Positions 15,001 to 24,974 of a stretch of 64,000 bases of DNA are shown here, piece after piece. Position 1 is the stretch's first letter. Every line of letters starts with the position of its first letter. The position numbers and the translations under genes were made by a program. The stretch comes from Balanoglossus misakiensis (lineage: Eukaryota; Animalia; Hemichordata). The notes beneath the pieces are model-generated. The model saw only the letters and a list, made by a program, of their open reading frames with translations. It ran no database searches and was not told the DNA's origin. The stretch covers positions 13,827,834 to 13,891,833 of the forward strand of contig CM082579.2 of assembly GCA_040954595.2 (NCBI GenBank). The letters run 5' to 3'.

Positions 15001-16985
15001 GGGTAAATGGCGAAGCAAGGTTGATGATGCATCAGGGTAGATAGTGATGCAATCACTTCACTTTGACATGGGTATTAAATGAATATTGGGATTTCAAGTT
15101 GATGATAAATCCCTGGGTTAATACGTGTCCAAAAGCACTGTACTTTGACATTGCTAATGTAACGATGACATTGAATCTGATTCTTTGCATCAGGGCAAAT
15201 GGCGAAGCAAGGTTGATGATGCATCAGGATAGATAGTGATGCAATCACTTCACTTGGACATGGGTATTAAATGCATATGGGGATTTCAAGTTGATGATAA
15301 ATCCCTGGGTTAATACGTGTCCAAAAGCACTGTACTTTGACATTGCTAATGTAACGATGACATTGAATCTGATTCTTTGCATCAGGGTAAATGGCGTAGC
15401 AAGCTTTATGATGGATCAGGGTAGATAGTGATGCAAGCTCTGCACTTTGACATGGGTATAAATTGCCTACAGGGGGATTTAAAGGTGACTGTAAATCCCT
15501 GGGTTAATACGTGGCGGAAAGCACTGTACTTTGACATTGCATATGCAATGGTGACATTGAATGGGATTCTTTGCATTAGGGCAAATGGCGAAGCAAGCTC
15601 AATGATGCATCAGAGTAGATGGTCATGCAAACTCTGCACTTTCACATGGGTATTTAATGTTAAATGTAAATCCATAGGTTAATACTTGGCCAAAAGCACT
15701 CTAATTTGACATTGCTAATGGAACGATGACATTGAATCTGATTCTTTGCATCAGGGCAAATGGCGAAGCAAGCTTTATGATGCATCAGGGTAGATAGTGA
15801 TGCAAACACTTCACTTTGACATGGGTATTAAATGCATATGGGGATTTCAAGTAGATGATAAATCCCTGGGTTAATACGTGTCCAAAAGCACTGTACTTTG
15901 ACATTGCTAATGCAACGATGACATTGAATCTGATTCTTTGCATCAGGGTAAATGGCGAAGCAAGGTTGATGATGCATCAGGGTAGATAGTGATGCAAGCT
16001 CTGCACTTGAACTTGGGTATAAAATGCCTTCAGGGGGGTTTAAAGGTGACTGTAAATCCCCAGTTTAATACGTGGCGGAAAGCACTGTACTTTGACATTG
16101 CTAATACAATGGTGACATTGAATGTAATTCTTTGCGTTAGGGCAAATGGCGAAGCAAGCTCAATGACGCATCAGAGTAGATGGTGATGCAAACACTTCAC
16201 TTTGACATGGGTATTAAATGCATATGAGGATTTCAAGTTGTTGAAAAATCCGTAGGTTAATACGTGGCGGAAAGCACTGTACTTTGACAAAATGCAATGG
16301 TGCCATTGAATGTGATTCTTTGCATTAGGGCAAATGGCGAAGCAAGCTTTATGATGCATCAGAGTAGATGGTGATGCAAGCTCTGCACTTTGACATAGGT
16401 TTTCAATGCATATGCATGGGTGTTTAAAATTGACTGTAAATCCCTGGGTTGATACATGGCCAAAAGCACTGTAATTGCTAATGCAACAGTGATTTTAATT
16501 CTGATCTTTTGCATCAGGGTAAAAGGCGAAGCAAGGTTGATGATGCATCTGGGAAGATGGTGTTTCAAGCCCTTCACTTTGACATTGGAATATAATGCAT
16601 AAGTGGATTTAAAGTTGATTGTAAATGCCCAGTTTAATACGTGTCCAAAAGCACTGTACTTTGACATTGCTAATGCAACGATGACATTGAATCTGATTCT
16701 TTGCATCAGGGTAAATGGCGAAGCAAGCTTGATGATGCATCAGGGTAGATAGTGATGCAATCACTACACTTTGACATGGGTATTAAATGCATATGGGGAT
16801 TTCAAGCTGATGATAAATCCCTGGGTTAATACGTGTCCAAAAGCACTGTAATTTGACATTGCTAATGCAATGGTGACATTGGATGTGATTCTTTGCATTA
16901 GGGCAAATGGCGAAGCAAGCTCAATGATGCATCAGAGTAGATGGTGATGCAAACTCTGCACTTTCACATGGGTATTTAATGTTAA

Positions 16986-18765
16986 AGTGAACCGACACCT
17001 TCCTTGTAGAGAGATTCTAATTTGCGTCGTTTTTATTCACTTTCACTTATCGCGCAGCAGCGTAGCGTCGATCTCGATATGCAGCGTGACGTCACAAACT
17101 AGTCACCAGTAGCAGACGCCACCGTGCGCACGCTAACGTACACAGACATTTGACATGGGTGGCTGCCTCGCAAGTGGGAGCAAAAACAGAGTTGGCAAAA
17201 ACACGGCGAAAGGTTTTATAAAAGTTCCCGACCCTTCAGGGACAGTCAAAATGCAAATCGAGCTGGAAATTGGGTGTCAAACATTGGCATATTATTTCGG
17301 TGCTTATTGCTGAGACAGATGATACTTTTGCTTCGGAAATGTTCGTGTTCAACTAGGCCCTATATCGTGAAGCATATTGCAAAAAAAAACTACACAGCAA
17401 AAATTGTCGAAACAGCCGGGGCTCCTGATTACCTTTGATCACCATATGACGAAACCGATTTTTTGGCACTGTAAATCAAAACTCTGATCGGAAGAAAGTA
17501 GTGTGGCGGAAATAGGCCTACTAGTGAACACTGTGTTTGTCGCGTACCCAAGCTGTGAATGCATCGCAAAACCATTTCCAAAGACAAAAACGACCACCTC
17601 TACCATCTGGAAGCACCACAGATGTACTCGAAACATGACAATCGGAGTTTCTGCCTCCCTTTGATCAACAAAGCCGCATCTTTTCACAGCTGTTGATCAA
17701 CGTAAAGGATGGTAGACACGTGTGGTAGACATTTTCGCGAGAGTGTCAATAGGTTTACTTTCTATTCTTTTGGGAAATCACGAGGGTGCCTATTATGACA
17801 TGGGTGACTAAATGTCAAAAATTATCGCATGGCTTCGTGATATGTCGTTCAAGTCTTTATCTAACGGCCTTGTCAAGAAATCTATTTCATGGCAGCACCG
17901 GCATTCCTTGACAGTAGAAATAACTTCGCATTTACCGCAGCGCAGCTACACCATGAGCGTGATGAAAGACGAAGCCGATCACTCTTCTCGATCGTCTTTG
18001 CTGTCTACACTTGCCTCTGTACTATTGGAATCAGTTTCACTTGAGTCGCCTACCATCTCATCGCTGCTGTATTCGGGTTCGTACAACAATCCGACGATAT
18101 CTTCGTTTGAAAACTCCATATCGCGTGGTCGTTTTTGTCTTTGGAAATGGTTTTGCGATGCATTCACAGCTTGGGTACGCGACAAAAACAGTGTTCACAA
18201 GTAGGACTATTTCCGCCACACTACTTTCTTCCGATCAGAGTTTTGATTTACAGTGCCAAAAATTCGGTTTCGTCATATGGTGATCAAAGGAAATCAGGAG
18301 CCCCGGCTGTTTCGACAATTTTTGCTGTGTAGTTTTTTTTTTGCAATATGCTTCACGATATAGGGCCTAGTTGAACACGAACATTTCCGAAGCAAAAGTA
18401 TCATCTGTCTCAGCAATAAGCACCGAAATAATATGCCAATGTTTGACACCCATTTTTCAGCTCGATTTGCATTTTGACTGTCCACCGAAGGGTCGGGAAC
18501 TTTTATAAAACCTTTCGCCGTGTTTTTGCCAACTCTGTTTTTGCTCCCACTTGCGAGGCAGCCAGCCATGTCAACTGTCTATGTACGTTAGCGTGCGCAC
18601 GGTGGCGTCTGCTACTGGTGACTAGTTTGTGACGTCACACTGCATATCGAGATCGACGCTACGCTGCTGCGCGATAAGTGAAAGTGAATAAAAACGACGC
18701 AAATCACTCATGTTTTTCACAAAGATTTATTAGGAATCTCTCTACAAGGAAGGTGTCGGTTCACT
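16986..18765. mobile_element. Non-autonomous Kolobok-type DNA transposon with very long (~610-640 bp) TIRs
   Basis: TTAA at 16982-16985 and 18766-18769 duplicating the satellite ATGTTAAATG site; termini AGTGAACCGACACC...GGTGTCGGTTCACT (5'-RR..YY-3' with TTAA fits Kolobok rather than piggyBac); TIRs 16986-17597 and 18125-18765. Confidence 0.85.
17810..18119 (-). pseudogene. Frameshifted remnant of a KolX / P2X7-ballast-like Cys-rich protein
   Basis: Manual minus-strand translation: MEFSNEDIVGLLYEPEYSSDE...acidic..., then across frameshifts RLRLSSRSWCSC and CGKCEVISTVKECRCCHEI, resembling the WCxCGxC..ECxCCxE motif. Confidence 0.55.
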
Positions 18766-19160
18766 TTAAATGTTAATCCATAGGTTAATACTTGGCCAAA
18801 AGCACTCTAATTTGACATTGCTAATGCAACGATGACATTGAATCTGATTCTTTGCATCAGGGCAAATGGCGAAGCAAGGTTGATGATGCATCAGGGTAGA
18901 TAGTGATGCAATCACTTCACTTTGACATGGGTATTAAATGCATATGTGGATTTCAAGTTGATTGTAAATGCCCAGTTTAATACGTGTCCAATTGCACTGT
19001 ACTTCGACATTGCTAATGCAACGATGACATTGAATCTGATTCTTTGCATCAGGGCAAATGGCGAAGCAAGCTCAATGATGCATCAGAGTAGATGGTGATG
19101 CAAGCTCTGCACTTTGACATAGGTATTCAAAGCCTTATCACATAGCGAGATTATTACGCC

Positions 19161-19219
19161 ATGAATATTCATAAGACCAGTGTATATAAGTAAGAAGAGA
19201 ATGCCACTTGTGGCCAATC
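19161..19219 (+). promoter_or_regulatory. Putative Pol II promoter in repeat A
   Basis: Palindrome ATGAATATTCAT 19161-19172, TATATAAG 19183-19190, Inr-like CCAATCC 19213-19219 about 30 nt downstream. Confidence 0.5.
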
Positions 19220-19242
19220 CCTTGCTTCCAGACTTAGAAGTG

Positions 19243-19479
19243 ATGATGACTGACGGACGCAGTAATACTCCGGCTACCACAAGCTTGCCTTTATCGGCTA
19301 CCACGGCCACTTTTACACAGGCTCATGTAGCAGGGCCTTCAGCTAGTCAAGGCAGCTCTACACGTGTTTCGGTGCAAGTCCCGGAAGGCGCAGCTTCTCA
19401 GGCTCAGGTGGTGGCAGGCGATACGCCCGCTCAGCATAATAATAGGGATGGCCAAGATCAGCGTTTATCGCAGCAGCAG
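19243..19479 (+). CDS. Putative shared leader exon (79 aa, T/A/S/Q-rich) of the PAT-like element
   Basis: ATG at 19243, open frame to CAG|GTAATT donor at 19479/19480, phase 0. Confidence 0.6.
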
Positions 19480-19627
19480 GTAATTATCAGTTTTTGGCTC
19501 ATTAGCGGAATGTAAATGTCCTTCGGTCTTTGGCTAGGTTTTGTACATACATGTTTCATCGGCCATAGTTTGGTCGGTTTAGTTCGATTATGTTGTTATA
19601 TTTATTGGGTGTACTGTTAACACTATT

Positions 19628-20035
19628 GTGCAATAGTAGGCGCTCTGGGAGCACCAGGTGGAGTTGCACGAATATGTTATTATGGATGGTGCAATAGTAG
19701 GCGCTCTGGGAGCACCAGGTGGAGTTGCACGAATATGTTATTATGGATGGTGCAATAGTAGGCGCTCTGGGAGCACCAGGGGGAGTTGCACGAATATGTT
19801 ATTATGGATGGTGCAATAGTAGGCGCTCTGGGAGCACCAGGTGGAGTTGCACAAATATGTTATTATGGATGGTGCAATAGTAGGCGCTCTGGGAGCACCA
19901 GGTGGAGTTGCACGAATATGTTATTATGGATGGTGCAATAGTAGGCGCTCTGGGAGCACCAGGTGGAGTTGCACGAATATGTTACTGTGGTGGCACAATA
20001 GGTGTTCTGTGAGCACTGGGCGGAGCTGCATGAAC
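19628..20035. repeat. 61-bp minisatellite, 6 near-identical copies plus one degenerate copy, inside the predicted intron
   Basis: GTGCAATAGTAGGCGCTCTGGGAGCACCAGGTGGAGTTGCACGAATATGTTATTATGGATG repeating from 19628 with period 61. Confidence 0.95.
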
Positions 20036-20527
20036 ATTGTTCATGTAGTGGAGAGCAATAAAGGAATATGCGGGGAGCATCGTAGAGTGTGTTAAAAAAA
20101 AAAAAAAAGCATTCGACTGAAGTTCCATGCAATGTTTGATATTCTGTACAACGGTTGGAATGACGGAATGTGTGCAAGGAGTGCGTAATTAGGTAGATTT
20201 GCATATGAATGGGTAACAGTTATTTTAGAGCCACGCACACAATGGACATTGTTTAAGGCATGCCAGGTGGGGCGTGCATTCAAAAGATACCATATGGTTG
20301 TGGAGTGCTCCTGTGAATTTGCATAAGTTCTTTCTATTGTTCTGTATGCTCATAGTATCATGCATGTTGTTTTGTGGAATACGGTCATGATATTGGGTGT
20401 GACTTCGAATGTAGCCGAAATGGTGTCTGGTAGTGGAATTGTCTTACGCATGGGATATTGTAAAGTAACACTGTTAGATGATATCAGGATGTGACGTTGA
20501 CTGATATATTTGCCTGAATTGTTTCAG

Positions 20528-20998
20528 GTTAATGAGAAGTTGACACTGCTAATGAAGAAAGTTGACAAAATCGAAGAAACAGCGGGTGTAGCATCTGTAG
20601 ATGAAGCCTTGCATAAAGTGATGGAATTCGCGCATACCCCAGCCTTCTCATCAAGACCACAGGTGTTGAGTGCTCTACGTACGTTGGTGGATAGAGCTAC
20701 TTTGGTGTCGCATCCTAAGCTGCAGAGATTTCGAGCTGTATTGTCGCAGTTTGAAGCGAATGATTTTGGAGAGGACGCTGGACGCTTGATCATTCTGTTA
20801 CTGGGTAACAAAGAGGAAGAAGAGATTGCGTCGAAAGTTTCAAAATTCTTAAAACACAGGCCTTCCAACGATCGTTTTCGTCCGTATGGCCGAGGAAGGA
20901 GAAGGCAATCGTATGGGAAAGATTTCCGATGTTTTAGATGTGGCCAGCCTGGTCATTTTGCCCGCAATTGTCGAATGAAGCCAGATCAGGAAACGTGA
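20528..20998 (+). CDS. gag: Gag-like protein with CCHC zinc knuckle (main exon)
   Basis: CFRCGQPGHFARNC knuckle after basic GRGRRR tract; TTGTTTCAG acceptor ends at 20527, phase 0. Confidence 0.85.
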   Translation, partial: VNEKLTLLMKKVDKIEETAGVASVDEALHKVMEFAHTPAFSSRPQVLSALRTLVDRATLVSHPKLQRFRAVLSQFEANDFGEDAGRLIILLLGNKEEEEIASKVSKFLKHRPSNDRFRPYGRGRRRQSYGKDFRCFRCGQPGHFARNCRMKPDQET

Positions 20999-21263
20999 AT
21001 TTGTCTTGTAATTCAGTGACTGTAATGACGTTATTTTGGGATACATAATGAAATAAATACACCCGTCTTTATTGTATGCTGCATATTTGTTTATTTGTGT
21101 TGACGAATGATAAGTACATGTCCCATGTTTGAAGATTTGCATGTACGTATGCATATATATAATGTGGTTTAGGTTACCTCTCGATGGGAGGGGCCTTAAC
21201 TAGGCTCTTTGCTTTTGCAACCTGCCATTTGTAGGATCCTGTCGAGGGGCGCCCCCACATTTC

Positions 21264-23486
21264 ATGACGGTTGATATCACCGTTTTGTTGATGGAATCCT
21301 CTTTTGTTTGCTGTTGGTTTCAGCCACCAGTATGGGAAAATGACTTTATGGTGGATATGCATGCTGTCCCGAGAACCCAATATTCGTGGAGAACGCTTGG
21401 GGGCGCCCCTCGTCAGGGTCCTCACCATACCTCGCCTTCAATAGCTATGATAGCACGCGGAGTAGAGTTTGCAACTCCTGATGACTTGGTATTTCGGAAT
21501 ACGGAAGATTTCATGGCCGGGCAGATACATGAACATGGTGATTATTGGGACATGATTACAGACCATATACATAACAAGAATGACATTATGGACTGGATAA
21601 GGAATCGTGTTAGTATTTCACAATATTTTACCCATTTCAAGGGGGAGTTTAAAGGGCAACAGTATGATCATGATATTCCACCCCCTAGGGTGTTTCAGAA
21701 TCATCCGAATTGTCGTCAGCATGGTCGGTTTATCGCTCAGACTATCGCTGAACGTGTTAAAGCTGGAGCAGTATCAGTTTGGGGGTTGGTTGGTCGCCAC
21801 CAACCTCCTTATTTGGTTATGCCGATTTCGGTTGAACCGTCTAAACCGCGTATGTGTATTGACATGCGCTTTCTTAATCTATGGACGGAACCTCGTCCGT
21901 TCCACTTAGATAAGCTTTTTGAAGTCACTAGATACTTGGCTGAAGGCGATTTTCAGTTTAAGTGTGATGATAAGAGTGGGTACGACCACGTTTTAATACG
22001 ACATACTGATAGAATGTATGTAGGATTTCAATGGGCAGGGGTGTGGTATGTGAATAATTCATTACCTTTTGGTTGGAAGTTATCGGCATATGTATATCAC
22101 ACTTTGGGATATTGTGTTACTAGTTATGCTAGATTATTGGGAGTACCTTGCATTCAATATATCGATGATAGGCATGGGGGTGGATTAAAGTTGCCAGCTG
22201 ATGCAAGTTCTTCTTGGGATAGTTTGCAATGTGCACAGGCTGCAGCTTATATATTGTGTAAAATCGCTATTGATGCAGGATATTTTCTCTCTTTGGAGAA
22301 AAGTGTGTTATATCCTGTGACATCTTTGATAATGTTAGGTTTTTCAGTCGATTCGGTGAATAGATCCTTTTCTATCCCGGATGATAAAAAAACGAAGTTT
22401 TTAAATTTGCTGGAGGATGTTCTGTCACAGAGGGCAGTTCCACTTTTGACAATGCAGAAATTAATGGGGAAATGCATTTCATTTACGTTAGCATTACCAT
22501 GCGCTCGGTTATATGTTCGACAAATGGCCAATGCTTGTGGGAAAGCTCAGATATCGAGTAGAGCTTTGATACCTATAAGGGGACGCTTGAAATCTGAGAT
22601 TGTACAGTGGAAATCCATCTTAGATTCGGCGGGTAAATTTATTTGGCCAACCGAAAGTCATGTAGGGGTAAGGGTATTTTCTGACGCAAGTCAGTACAAA
22701 TGGGGTGCGGTTATGTACGTAGCTAATAACAAGGTGGTTATAGGAGATATGTGGGATAGTAAGTGGAAAGATTTTCCCATTATAAAGAAGGAAGCAGAAG
22801 CTTTGTGTAGAGCATTGGTTGGTTTTCAAGAGCAAATTCGTAATACTCGAGTTGATGCATATATCGATGCACTTCCTATAGTACAGGCATGGAATGGGGG
22901 AATTCCGGGAGCAAAAGATGTTGATTTGAATGAAATTTTGAAGCGTATCTTTGACTTCTGCTTTCAGCATAATGTTCGACTCACCCTTACATATATACCT
23001 TCTAAGGCTAATGATGCCGATCTACCTTCTCGATCTACATCATTGTCAAATGCTACTTTGACCGCTGTGGTATGGCAATTCCTGGAGGAAAATTTTGGTC
23101 CTCATCATATAGATGGCATGGCTGATGTTTCTAATAAGAAGTTATCTCGATATGTGTCACAGTTTCCTCAGATAGGATGTGAGGGTGTTAATTTTTTCCA
23201 GCATGTTTTCTCAGACAAGGATACCATTTATGTGTATCCACCATTTTTCTTAGTGGCTGCGACACTTAAACATGTCATTAGTCAGAGATTACATGCCACA
23301 GTGATTGTACCGAGAGGTCGTTTTCTGGCTCCGTATTGGCCCGTTATTAATCAAGTAGCAGCTGAGGTTATAAAGTTGGGTAGTCGAGGGGAAATAGGTA
23401 TTATTCAAGCCCCCTCTACTCAGGGTTATATAGATTATGAGTTGCGGTGTGACCTCTTGGCAGTCAAATTCGATTGGGATGTATAA
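21264..23486 (+). CDS. pol: DIRS-type reverse transcriptase - RNase H - adenine methyltransferase-like polyprotein
   Basis: 740-aa ORF: DDKSGY, LPFGW, YIDD (RT); FSDAS..WG, EAEA, N.AD.PSR (RNase H); IDGMA...YVYPPF (Dam-like MT). Confidence 0.93.
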   Translation: MTVDITVLLMESSFVCCWFQPPVWENDFMVDMHAVPRTQYSWRTLGGAPRQGPHHTSPSIAMIARGVEFATPDDLVFRNTEDFMAGQIHEHGDYWDMITDHIHNKNDIMDWIRNRVSISQYFTHFKGEFKGQQYDHDIPPPRVFQNHPNCRQHGRFIAQTIAERVKAGAVSVWGLVGRHQPPYLVMPISVEPSKPRMCIDMRFLNLWTEPRPFHLDKLFEVTRYLAEGDFQFKCDDKSGYDHVLIRHTDRMYVGFQWAGVWYVNNSLPFGWKLSAYVYHTLGYCVTSYARLLGVPCIQYIDDRHGGGLKLPADASSSWDSLQCAQAAAYILCKIAIDAGYFLSLEKSVLYPVTSLIMLGFSVDSVNRSFSIPDDKKTKFLNLLEDVLSQRAVPLLTMQKLMGKCISFTLALPCARLYVRQMANACGKAQISSRALIPIRGRLKSEIVQWKSILDSAGKFIWPTESHVGVRVFSDASQYKWGAVMYVANNKVVIGDMWDSKWKDFPIIKKEAEALCRALVGFQEQIRNTRVDAYIDALPIVQAWNGGIPGAKDVDLNEILKRIFDFCFQHNVRLTLTYIPSKANDADLPSRSTSLSNATLTAVVWQFLEENFGPHHIDGMADVSNKKLSRYVSQFPQIGCEGVNFFQHVFSDKDTIYVYPPFFLVAATLKHVISQRLHATVIVPRGRFLAPYWPVINQVAAEVIKLGSRGEIGIIQAPSTQGYIDYELRCDLLAVKFDWDV

Positions 23487-23705
23487 ATCATGTAGTTGTT
23501 ACTATTTATGGGATATATGATGGGTATACAGTAAATGGTTTTTCTTCTTTGGTGAATTTGTAGTATTGCAAAAGATCGTTAGGATTTTGATAGAGATATT
23601 ATAAGTGTATCTTCTATTAATGTCAATATTATCTGGTATGAAATAAATAAAATATTTTATGTCTTAGTAGACTGATGAATGGGTGTCTCTTATGATTTCT
23701 TCTAG

Positions 23706-24974
23706 ACATGTTGGATTTGTGGTGCTTTGAATGATACAACATCTCAGTCATGTGGTGTCTGTTCATCAAAAGCGATCCAAGGAACCGGTTTAAATGACTT
23801 CAACGGTGTTGACCTTCATCATATCGACCAACGTATCTCGGATTTATTAGGGGATCGATCTCCGTATGAGAAACAGAAAGACCGCTTAATACAAGAACTT
23901 GAGTTATTCCTTGCAAGACTCCCTGTGCCCAAGCCTGTAAGCCGAGCTAGCCCGCACGATATTGTTAGGTTTTTAGTCTTTAAGGATAAAGATGCGAAAA
24001 CGCAAGTCCATCGTTACACATGTGCATACTTAGGTCAGCCTGGTCGTGCGCCATGCGGTTGTCCTAAACGTCTGAGGATAGGTTCAGCCAAAAACATGAT
24101 ATCTAAGATCTCTTCATATTTTCAAGCACGACAAAAAGAAAATCCGAATCAGCGTTTTTGTAACCCCACTGATAGTATAATGGTGCAAAGGTATTTAAAG
24201 AAAATCTCTGAGGAGCAGGCACAAGCGAATGTGACAGTCAGACAGGCTAAGCCGTTATTTTTGCCGAAGGTCATTTGCGTCTTTGAGCATTTGTTAAAGT
24301 TACTCTCTTCATGTTCGTCACCACTCTTAGCATATATATATGCTAGAGACATGGCCGTGTTTAAGCTTTTATTTTTCTCAGGTGATAGAGCAGGGGATCT
24401 GGGTCACATTAAGACACAGGAGGTTCTTCGTTTCCCCGATAATTCAGGTTTGCTTTTCAATCATACATTTGGGAAGACTCTTCGTGGATGTAATTCAAAT
24501 ATGTTTGTACTTAAGAGATGTGCGGATACCCGTTTGTGTCCTGTAAATACTTTAGAGCGATATATTGATTTGTCTTTAAATCTAGGTGTAGATATCATGA
24601 CTGGGTATTTGTTTAGACCCACTAAACCTAATGGTGATATAGAGAACAAACCTTTGTCATCGCAGGTTATATATCATCGGCTTAAACTTTATTTACAATC
24701 ACTTAATATGGATGAAGGTGAGACACCACACAGTCTGAGAAGTGCGTGTGCTATCACTATGTCGTTAGCGGGTGCTCACGTAGATGAAGTCATGAGTCAT
24801 GTGGGTTGGAAAACTGAGAAGATGGCTGATTATTATACTAAGCTGTCAGTTGTTGCCAATATTGGCCGCCAAGGCAATAGAACGGAGGATTTGCTTGCTT
24901 CCATGCGACATATTGAAAGGTATAATGCAACTGAGAAACTTGTTGGATTCACAAGGGCTTTTCAGGCCAAGTAA
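23706..24974 (+). CDS. Tyrosine recombinase with N-terminal C4 zinc finger and ALOG-like domain
   Basis: Catalytic GDRAGD, HSLRSA, HVGW, YY; KTQVH..C..G.P..APCGCP.R ALOG-like insert; CWICGALNDTTSQSCGVC directly after TTCTTCTAG (23705). Confidence 0.92.
   Translation, partial: TCWICGALNDTTSQSCGVCSSKAIQGTGLNDFNGVDLHHIDQRISDLLGDRSPYEKQKDRLIQELELFLARLPVPKPVSRASPHDIVRFLVFKDKDAKTQVHRYTCAYLGQPGRAPCGCPKRLRIGSAKNMISKISSYFQARQKENPNQRFCNPTDSIMVQRYLKKISEEQAQANVTVRQAKPLFLPKVICVFEHLLKLLSSCSSPLLAYIYARDMAVFKLLFFSGDRAGDLGHIKTQEVLRFPDNSGLLFNHTFGKTLRGCNSNMFVLKRCADTRLCPVNTLERYIDLSLNLGVDIMTGYLFRPTKPNGDIENKPLSSQVIYHRLKLYLQSLNMDEGETPHSLRSACAITMSLAGAHVDEVMSHVGWKTEKMADYYTKLSVVANIGRQGNRTEDLLASMRHIERYNATEKLVGFTRAFQAK

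Larger units (their letters stand above)
1..19127. repeat. Tandem satellite, 175/192/194-bp monomers, 947-bp 5-mer higher-order repeat (interrupted at 16986-18765; short remnant at 25604-25627)
   Basis: Monomer starts GTGATGCAA at 266, 460, 635, 827 (spacings 194, 175, 192); same monomer type recurs every 947 bp at 6697, 7644, 8591, 9538, 10485, 11432, 12379, 13326 (194+194+175+192+192=947). Confidence 0.97.

Noticed and set aside
266-16706. Dozens of 64-65 aa ORFs (MMQALHFDMG...) resembling a tandem gene family
   Set aside because: They are stop-free frames of the 194-bp monomers, start at GTG, and are absent from the 192/175-bp monomers; no sign of coding constraint.
1-20035. CRISPR array (satellite or 61-bp repeat)
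   Set aside because: No unique spacers, no cas genes, eukaryotic context.
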